Position numbers and translations under genes: made by a program
NCBI GenBank assembly: GCA_964508055.1
Contig: CAZDRI010000007.1
Location: 20,510-44,509 of the forward strand
Direction of reading: 5' to 3'
Length of the DNA: 24,000 nt
DNA from: an uncultured Thiotrichales bacterium
GTDB lineage: Bacteria > Pseudomonadota > Gammaproteobacteria > PS1 > Pseudothioglobaceae
Part shown: positions 11,413 to 18,209 of the stretch, piece by piece
Layout: each line of letters starts with the position of its first letter
Numbering within the stretch: position 1 is the first letter of the stretch
The notes under the pieces: generated by a model
The model's database searches: none
What the model saw: only the letters and a program-made list of their open reading frames with translations
Told to the model about the DNA's origin: nothing

Positions 11413-12885
11413 TTAGATTTTAAAAATATTATCAATAATTCTTGTTGGAGTGATTGCATTAGTATGGTATTTTTTAGCTAAACTCTCGGCTGTAGTGCCT
11501 AAGATATAAGCTCCTGATATTGCTGCATCAGCTAAGTTTAAGCCTTGGGCAGAAAAAGCTGTGATTATCCCAGCTAAAACATCACCAGAACCTCCAGTTG
11601 CTAAGCCATCATTACCATTTTTGATAATTACTGTTTTATCTTGGTTCATAAAAATTGAGCTAGAACTTTTTAAGAGGATATTTATTTTATATCTAGCTAC
11701 AAACATTTGTAAAACTTCAATAATATTAGTAATCAACTCATTGTTTGTAATATTGTTTAATCTAGCAAATTCGCCAATATGCGGTGTTAAAAGAACATTT
11801 TTATTTCTAAGACTATTTAATAATTTTAAATTATTTGCTAGTATATTAATTGCATCAGCATCAATTATTAGAGGTTTATCGCCCCAGTTTTTTAGAAAAT
11901 ATTTTAATAATATATCTTTTTTAGCAGTCAAACCTGGCCCTATTAATAAAACATCTTTAGTTAAAATATCTTTATCAATGTCTTTAGGATAATCACTAAT
12001 ACTATTTGTTATTACCTCAGTTAAACTACTTGAATATATATCATCTAAGCCTTGCGGATGATAAAGATAAATCAAACCTGCACCAGAGTGAAGACAAGCT
12101 TTACTTGCTAATATAGCTGCTCCTGATAACTCTTTTGAGCCTGCAATAATAGCGGCTTTTCCATAATCAGTTTTATGAGCACAAATATTTCTTGTTGGTA
12201 ATAAAACATTATCATAATTAGCTAATATTATTTTTGGAGGTAATTTTTTATATACTTTTTTTGGAATGCCAATATCAATAACTTTGGTCTTGCCACAATA
12301 ATATTTACCTAAACCTAAAAAATGTCCGTATTTGTAAGCTGCCATAGTCAAGGTGTAGTGAGCTTTTACGCATAAATCACTCTCACCATTAGCGACATTT
12401 AATCCACTTGGTATATCTAAAGCTACTACTTTTTTTGCAGTGTTATTTATAATTTTTATAATATTTGAAAATGGTGGTTTTATATTCCCTTTTACCCCAA
12501 TACCAAAAATTGCATCAACTACTAAATCGTAATCTATAAAGCCATTAGTCACTGTAGTTCTAACTTTAATAGAATTTTCTATGCATTCATTAAAACTATT
12601 TTTAGTCTCAGGACTAAATTTTGCTTTATCTCCAATAAAAAATGTATCAACATAAAACCCAAATTCCTTTAACAATCTTGCAACTACAAAACCATCACCA
12701 CCATTATTGCCGTGTGAACAAATGACAGCTACTTTAGCAGCAAGATTATTTTTTAGTATTTTGTTTTTAATATAGTTTGCTGAACCAGAGCCTGCATTTT
12801 CCATGAGGGTTTGAGCTGAGATTGATAAATTTTCAATACTAAATTTATCAATAGCATACATTTCATTTTTACTTACTATTTGCAT
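11413..12885 (-). CDS. nnr: Bifunctional NAD(P)H-hydrate repair enzyme (epimerase + ADP-dependent dehydratase), YjeF
   Basis: 490-aa ORF. YjeF_N motif 'CSHGNNGGDGFVVAR' and C-terminal carbohydrate-kinase motif 'GGSGDVLAGII'. Convergent with the GT2 gene, 1 nt apart. Confidence 0.9.
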   Translation of the reverse strand: MQIVSKNEMYAIDKFSIENLSISAQTLMENAGSGSANYIKNKILKNNLAAKVAVICSHGNNGGDGFVVARLLKEFGFYVDTFFIGDKAKFSPETKNSFNECIENSIKVRTTVTNGFIDYDLVVDAIFGIGVKGNIKPPFSNIIKIINNTAKKVVALDIPSGLNVANGESDLCVKAHYTLTMAAYKYGHFLGLGKYYCGKTKVIDIGIPKKVYKKLPPKIILANYDNVLLPTRNICAHKTDYGKAAIIAGSKELSGAAILASKACLHSGAGLIYLYHPQGLDDIYSSSLTEVITNSISDYPKDIDKDILTKDVLLIGPGLTAKKDILLKYFLKNWGDKPLIIDADAINILANNLKLLNSLRNKNVLLTPHIGEFARLNNITNNELITNIIEVLQMFVARYKINILLKSSSSIFMNQDKTVIIKNGNDGLATGGSGDVLAGIITAFSAQGLNLADAAISGAYILGTTAESLAKKYHTNAITPTRIIDNIFKI

Positions 12886-12938
12886 TTCTATAAATTAGTC
12901 TAATATATAATGATAATTATATTATGTAGTTAGAATTT
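12886..12938. promoter_or_regulatory. 53-bp divergent intergenic region, presumed to hold the promoters for nnr and the eight-gene operon
   Basis: This is the only non-coding DNA upstream of the operon. It contains a perfect TATAAT at 12906-12911, 27 nt before the ATG at 12939. TTGCAT at 12880-12885 is a possible -35, but the 20-nt spacing to that TATAAT is poor. Confidence 0.3.
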
Positions 12939-13628
12939 ATGAGTAACAAATTATTAAAAACACTGCTAATAATTATAATAATTAGCGTTATTGGTGCTTT
13001 TTTTATTTTTGACTTAGATCAATATGCTACTCTTGATTATATTAAAAGCAAACAAAGCCTATTAACAAACTATTACAACGATAATACTTTATTAGTGCTT
13101 AGCTTTTTTGGGATATTATATGTAGTAGTAACTGCATTTTCCCTACCTATTGCTGCAGGTTTAACCTTACTTGGTGGTGCTTTATTTGGATTTATACCTG
13201 CTCTTATTATCGTATCATTTGCTAGTACTATTGGTGCTAGCTGTGCTTTTTTAATGGTAAGGTTTTTATTACATGATTCTATTCAAAAAAAATACGGTAA
13301 ATATCTCAAAAAGTTAAATGCAGGATTTAAAAAAGAAGGAACATTTTATTTATTTGCACTGCGCTTAGTGCCAATATTTCCGTTCTTTGTAATAAATATA
13401 TTAACTGCATTATTGCCTATTAGGTTAAGTGTATTCTACATAATAAGTCAAATAGGTATGTTGCCAGGCACAGCAGTATATGTGTTTGCTGGGACAGAGA
13501 TTGGTAAGATAAATTCTCTATCTGATATTTTATCTCCAACATTATTATTAGCTTTTGCCCTGCTTGGGATTTTTCCAATAATTGCAAAAAAGACATTATA
13601 TTTACTTAGGAAAAAATCAATAAAATGA
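12939..13628 (+). CDS. DedA / TVP38-TMEM64 (SNARE-associated) family membrane protein
   Basis: 229-aa ORF with multiple TM helices. Family motif 'FALRLVPIFPFFVINILTA'. ATGA overlap with the next ORF. Confidence 0.85.
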   Translation: MSNKLLKTLLIIIIISVIGAFFIFDLDQYATLDYIKSKQSLLTNYYNDNTLLVLSFFGILYVVVTAFSLPIAAGLTLLGGALFGFIPALIIVSFASTIGASCAFLMVRFLLHDSIQKKYGKYLKKLNAGFKKEGTFYLFALRLVPIFPFFVINILTALLPIRLSVFYIISQIGMLPGTAVYVFAGTEIGKINSLSDILSPTLLLAFALLGIFPIIAKKTLYLLRKKSIK

Positions 13629-13894
13629 AAAAATATGACTATAACTTAGTGATAATAGGAGCAGGCTCGGTTGGATTAGTAGTAGCATATGTAGCAGCTA
13701 TAGTTAAGGCAAAAGTTGCTTTGATTGAAAAACATAAAATGGGTGGTGATTATCTTAATAAAATACTTGCAACAATACACATCTATCCCACACTTACAGA
13801 AGCAAATAAATTTGTTGCAGCTGAATGGAAAAAGAAACACCCACCAGTATTTATTTTAAAATTGTTAGAAAAATTCCATAAACTAAGAAGATGA
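13625..13894 (+). pseudogene. Collapsed remnant (89 codons) of a class-I FAD-dependent pyridine-nucleotide-disulfide oxidoreductase
   Basis: The N-terminal FAD-binding Rossmann start 'YDYNLVIIGAGSVGLVVAYVAAIVKAKVALIEKHKMGGDYLN' runs straight into a C-terminal dimerisation-domain end, 'ILATIHIYPTLTEANKFVAAEWKKKH...'. The redox-active CxxxxC, the NAD(P)H domain and the central domain are absent. Y43 sits where the first redox Cys is expected (GGDCLN). Confidence 0.7.
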
Positions 13895-14844
13895 CCACAA
13901 CATTTGTTCAAAATTTAAGTAATCATAAGCTATATATAAAAAGAAATAGCATTTCAACTCTACAAATAAACATTGGCAAAAGGTGTAACCAAGCATGCCA
14001 TCACTGTCATGTAGAAGCTGGACCTAAAAGAGAAGAAAATATGGACTTAAAAACTATCAGTAGAATATTAGAGTTAGTTAATAAAACTCCAAGTATTAAA
14101 ACTGTTGATATAACCGGAGGTGCTCCTGAATTAAATCCACATTTCAGGCACTTTGTAGAAAATTCAAAAAAGCTAAATAAAAATATCATAGATAGATGTA
14201 ATCTAACAATTCTTTTAGAAAAAGGACAAGAGGATACAGCTTTATTTCTAGCAAAAAATAATGTTGAGATAATTGCATCACTGCCTTGTTATGAAGAAGA
14301 TAATGTAAATAAGCAACGGGGCAGGTATGTTTTTAATAAAAGTATTAAAGCCTTAAAAATATTAAATAGTATTGGTTATGGTAAAAAAGACAGTGATTTA
14401 ATTCTAAACTTAGTATACAACCCTGTAGGCGAGCACCTACCACCTGAACAACTTCAATTAGAACTAGATTATAAAAAAAGCCTGAAAGATAAATATAACA
14501 TAGAATTTAATAGTCTTTTTACTATTACTAATATGCCTATTAATCGTTATGCTCATAGTCTGAAACGCAATAATAAATATGATAATTATATGAAATTACT
14601 AATGGATAACTTTAATACTCAAGCAATTGATAATGTTATGTGTAAAAATCTTGTGTCCATAGCTTGGGATGGGGTTATATATGATTGTGATTTTAACCAA
14701 ATGTTAGACCTTAGCCTAAAGTCAAAAACTACAATATGGAATATCAAAGATTTTAATGATATTAGCAAGAACATTACCCTAGCAGATCATTGCTATGCTT
14801 GCACTGCTGGTTCAGGTAGCTCATGTACAGGAGTTTTAGTGTAA
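13891..14844 (+). CDS. arsS: ArsS-type radical SAM / Cys-rich-domain enzyme (arsenosugar biosynthesis radical SAM protein family, Cys variant)
   Basis: 317-aa ORF. Radical-SAM cluster motif C32-NQA-C36-HH-C39 within 'IGKRCNQACHHCHVEAGP'. C-terminal Cys-rich domain 'YDCDFNQ' and 'HCYACTAGSGSSCTG'. Adjacent to ArsM and the two associated transferase families. Confidence 0.85.
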   Translation: MTTTFVQNLSNHKLYIKRNSISTLQINIGKRCNQACHHCHVEAGPKREENMDLKTISRILELVNKTPSIKTVDITGGAPELNPHFRHFVENSKKLNKNIIDRCNLTILLEKGQEDTALFLAKNNVEIIASLPCYEEDNVNKQRGRYVFNKSIKALKILNSIGYGKKDSDLILNLVYNPVGEHLPPEQLQLELDYKKSLKDKYNIEFNSLFTITNMPINRYAHSLKRNNKYDNYMKLLMDNFNTQAIDNVMCKNLVSIAWDGVIYDCDFNQMLDLSLKSKTTIWNIKDFNDISKNITLADHCYACTAGSGSSCTGVLV

Positions 14845-15644
14845 TGTTTAATGAAATAGAATTAAGATTAGGGTCTTTTTTAGTAATGTTTGCATTAATA
14901 GCTATTATTGAAATTATTATCCCAAAACGAAAATTATCTGTAAAAAAATCTACTCGTTGGTTTAGAAATCTTTCAATAATATTACTTGATAGCCTTGCAG
15001 TAAGATTATTAATACCATTTACAACTGTAGGAGTAGCTGTTTATGCCCAAACAAATGCAATAGGTATTTTGCATCATTTAGCTATGCCACCATATTTACA
15101 TATAGTTTTTGCAATAATAATTCTTGATTTATTGATTTATATACAACATGTGGTTTTCCATTATGTGCCTATTTTATGGAGATTACACAAAATACATCAT
15201 ATAGACCAAGATTACGATGTAACTACCGGCTTAAGATTTCACCCAATAGAGATAATACTTTCTGTTTTAATAAAGTGCTTAGCAATATTAGCATTTGGTG
15301 TGCCATATCAAGGCGTTATTATTTTTGAAATTTTATTAAATTTAACTGCTATGTTTAATCACGGTAATATAAATATCCCTAAAAAATTAGATTCCTTCAT
15401 CCGTTTATTTATTGTTACTCCAGATATGCATAGAGTCCATCATTCAGTAATTAAAACAGAAACTAATTCTAACTTTGGTTTTAATTTATCAGTCTGGGAC
15501 AAAGTTTTTAAAACCTATAAAAAAAGCCCTGCTAAAGGTCATAACAATATGACTATAGGTCTTAAAGAATATCAAAACCCAGCTAAAACTAATTTATTAG
15601 AAATGCTATTAATACCATTTTATAACAAGGATAAAAATGAATAA
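14844..15644 (+). CDS. Fatty-acid hydroxylase / sterol desaturase superfamily integral membrane di-iron protein
   Basis: His boxes 'HVVFH', 'HKIHH' and 'HRVHH' with 4-5 TM helices. The start is placed at the ATG forming a TAATG junction with arsS (14842-14846). An in-frame upstream ATG at 14823 (ORF-track start) is the alternative. Confidence 0.8.
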   Translation: MFNEIELRLGSFLVMFALIAIIEIIIPKRKLSVKKSTRWFRNLSIILLDSLAVRLLIPFTTVGVAVYAQTNAIGILHHLAMPPYLHIVFAIIILDLLIYIQHVVFHYVPILWRLHKIHHIDQDYDVTTGLRFHPIEIILSVLIKCLAILAFGVPYQGVIIFEILLNLTAMFNHGNINIPKKLDSFIRLFIVTPDMHRVHHSVIKTETNSNFGFNLSVWDKVFKTYKKSPAKGHNNMTIGLKEYQNPAKTNLLEMLLIPFYNKDKNE

Positions 15645-16680
15645 AATAACTCAAAATGTTAAAGAATATTATGGTGAGATTTTAACTAATAAAGATGATT
15701 TAAAAACATCTGCTTGTTGTAATGTTGAAAACTCAAATCCTAATTTAGCAAAATATCTAGCTAATATTCATAGTGAAATAAAAAATAAATTTTATGGCTG
15801 CGGCTCACCTATTCCCAGTGCTTTAAAAGGCAAAACTGTGCTTGATTTAGGTTCTGGAACTGGTATGGATACCTATATTGTATCTCAGCTAGTAGGAAGT
15901 AAAGGTAAGGTTATAGGTATTGATATGACAGAAAATCAACTAAAAATAGCCAATAAATATGTTGATTATCATATGAATAAATTTGGTTACGAAAAACCAA
16001 ATATAAATTTTATTAAAGCTTATATTGAAGATTTAAAAGCTGTAGGCATTGAAAATAACTCAATAGATGTAGTGATTTCTAATTGTGTGATAAATTTAGC
16101 AGAAAGTAAAAACAAGGTATTTAATGAAATATTTAGAATATTAAAGCCAGGAGGAGAATTATATTTCTCTGATGTTTTTACTGATAGAAGAGTGCCAGAG
16201 CATTTAATTAATGATAAATTACTTTATGGTGAATGCTTAAGTGGGGCTTTATATATTGAAGATTTTAGAAGATTATTACAAAAAGCTGGTTTTTTAGATT
16301 ATCTAGTAGTAACTAAAAATGTTATTGATATTAAAGATAAAAGAATTAAAGAATTAGTAAGAGGTATAAAATTTTATTCTATTACTATTAGGACTTTTAA
16401 ATGTGATTTTGAAGATGCAAGTGAAGATTACGGGCATAAGGCAACTTATTTAGGAACTATTAATGATATGAGTGCTAATTTTACTTTAGATGATAAACAT
16501 AAGTTTTATAAAAATAAACCTTTAGCAATTAATGGCAATATTGCAAAAATACTTACTTTATCTAGATATAGTAAATATTTCAATATAGAAGGTGATTTTT
16601 CTACTCATTATGGTGCTTTTGAAAATAAAAATACTGATAGCAGTAGTAGCGAATGTGTAAGTTCTAACTGCTGTTCATAG
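15637..16680 (+). CDS. arsM: Arsenite S-adenosylmethionine methyltransferase (ArsM/AS3MT type)
   Basis: 347-aa ORF. SAM motif I 'VLDLGSGTGMD'. Cysteines in the ArsM pattern: C27/C28 ('SACC'), C55 ('YGCGSP'), C150 ('SNCVINL') and C200 ('GECLSGA'). Cys-rich C-terminal tail 'ECVSSNCCS'. 8-nt overlap with the upstream gene. Confidence 0.85.
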   Translation: MNKITQNVKEYYGEILTNKDDLKTSACCNVENSNPNLAKYLANIHSEIKNKFYGCGSPIPSALKGKTVLDLGSGTGMDTYIVSQLVGSKGKVIGIDMTENQLKIANKYVDYHMNKFGYEKPNINFIKAYIEDLKAVGIENNSIDVVISNCVINLAESKNKVFNEIFRILKPGGELYFSDVFTDRRVPEHLINDKLLYGECLSGALYIEDFRRLLQKAGFLDYLVVTKNVIDIKDKRIKELVRGIKFYSITIRTFKCDFEDASEDYGHKATYLGTINDMSANFTLDDKHKFYKNKPLAINGNIAKILTLSRYSKYFNIEGDFSTHYGAFENKNTDSSSSECVSSNCCS

Positions 16681-16689
16681 CTAGATATT

Positions 16690-17535
16690 ATGTTAGCAAT
16701 AATAGGTGGTACAGGTATATATAATATTGAAGGTATAAAAACTATTAAAAAAATAGCTATAGATACCCCTTTCGGTAAACCTTCAAGCAGTATAATAAAA
16801 GCAAATTATAAAGATAAAACTATACTTTTCCTACCACGTCATGGTGAAAATCATCAATACTTACCTCATGAGATAAATTACCAAGCTAATATATTTGCTT
16901 TAAAAAAATTAGGAGCAAAACAAATTTTAGGTTTTTCTGCTGCTGGTAGCCTTAGAGAAAATATCCATCCTGGAGATTTTGTTGTCCCAGCACAATATAT
17001 TGACTTCCTAAAATCTAATAGAAAACGAACTTTTTTTGGCGATGGTATTGCTGCCCATATATCCACTGCAATCCCTACTTGTGAAAATATTACCTCGTGG
17101 GCTAAAGATAAAGCTCAAACTATGAATATTAAATTACACACTAATAAAACTTATGTTTGTGTAGATGGTCCAAGACTTGGGACTAAAGCAGAAAGTAATT
17201 TTTTTCGCTCTATTGGTTGTGATGTAGTTGGTATGAGTAATGTGCCTGAAGTTTATTTAGCAAGAGAAGCACAAATTTGCTACGCTACAATATGCATAAT
17301 AACTGACTATGATTGCTGGATGGAAGATGAAAAATATCATGTAAGTGTAAAAGATGTCATCAGTCGCTATGGCGAAAGTATTAATAAAGCTAAAAAACTA
17401 TTATTAGCACTATTAGAAACCGATATTGCAAAAATTGATGAAGATTATCGTAAATCCCTAACTGATGCCATACTTACACCTTATGAATATTTAACAAAAG
17501 ATAAAAAAGATTTATTAGCTGTGCTTACTAAATGA
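16690..17535 (+). CDS. mtnP: MTAP-family (S-methyl-5'-thioadenosine-type) purine nucleoside phosphorylase
   Basis: 281-aa ORF with 'IIGGTGIY', 'FLPRHGENH', 'EINYQANIFALKKLG' and 'VVGMSNVPEVYLAREA'. It starts 9 nt after arsM and has an ATGA overlap with the next gene. Confidence 0.85.
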   Translation: MLAIIGGTGIYNIEGIKTIKKIAIDTPFGKPSSSIIKANYKDKTILFLPRHGENHQYLPHEINYQANIFALKKLGAKQILGFSAAGSLRENIHPGDFVVPAQYIDFLKSNRKRTFFGDGIAAHISTAIPTCENITSWAKDKAQTMNIKLHTNKTYVCVDGPRLGTKAESNFFRSIGCDVVGMSNVPEVYLAREAQICYATICIITDYDCWMEDEKYHVSVKDVISRYGESINKAKKLLLALLETDIAKIDEDYRKSLTDAILTPYEYLTKDKKDLLAVLTK

Positions 17536-18209
17536 TTAAACTTTCAATAATCATCCCATTAGCTAAAGATGATTTAACTTACAAAAAATTAATTCCTGAT
17601 TTAAAAAAATTAGCTAAAAATAATGAAATAATTTTCGTAAGCACTAAAGATAATAAAGAAAATAATAATATTTTAAAAATAAAAAATATCAAACTATTAA
17701 TAAGCAAGGCTGGTAGAGCAAAGTCTATGAATTATGGGGCTAACAAAGCAAGTGGTGAATACTTGTGGTTTTTACATGCTGATTCTAAATTTACAGAGAA
17801 TACTGTTAGCGAATTATTAAAAGCAATGCGTTATTACCCTGATTGTCTTATATATTTCCAACTTGGATTTTTAAATGATGCTATTAAATTAATAAAGATA
17901 AATGAATGGGGAGCTAATTTTAGGTCTAAAGTATTTAAAATACCTTTTGGTGATCAAGGCTTTTGTATTAAGAAAAGTCTATTTAAAAAAGCTGGTTCTT
18001 ATAATGAAAGTCTGAGCTATGGCGAAGACCATGTCTTTGTATGGCAAGTAAGGCAAAATAATATTAAATTACATGCTATTAACACTAAACTTTACACCAG
18101 TAGTAGAAAATATAAAAAACATGGTTGGCTCAAAACTACTTTTATACACCAATATTTATGGTTAAAACAAGCATACCCAGAATGGAAAAAACTACGAAAA
18201 ATAAAATAA
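17532..18209 (+). CDS. Small GT2-like glycosyltransferase of the radical-SAM/selenodomain-associated (arsenosugar-associated) type
   Basis: 225-aa ORF. GT-A start 'LSIIIPLAKD', acidic motif 'FLHADS', 'FGDQGFCIKKSLF' and 'GEDHVF'. By size and context it fits what I recall as TIGR04283. Confidence 0.75.
   Translation: MIKLSIIIPLAKDDLTYKKLIPDLKKLAKNNEIIFVSTKDNKENNNILKIKNIKLLISKAGRAKSMNYGANKASGEYLWFLHADSKFTENTVSELLKAMRYYPDCLIYFQLGFLNDAIKLIKINEWGANFRSKVFKIPFGDQGFCIKKSLFKKAGSYNESLSYGEDHVFVWQVRQNNIKLHAINTKLYTSSRKYKKHGWLKTTFIHQYLWLKQAYPEWKKLRKIK

Noticed and set aside
14823-14843. Upstream in-frame ATG extending the hydroxylase ORF by 7 codons (ORF-track start).
   Set aside because: The ATG at 14844 forms a TAATG stop/start junction with arsS, like other junctions in this window. 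The extra residues (MYRSFSV) add nothing recognisable. This is not decisive, so the alternative is noted in the feature.
18125-18181. Longest-ORF start for the DUF2064 gene, giving an 85-nt overlap with the GT2 gene.
   Set aside because: The conserved family N-terminus starts just after ATG 18182. The upstream 19 codons (MAQNYFYTPIFMVKTSIPR) look like out-of-frame read-through of the GT2 C-terminus.
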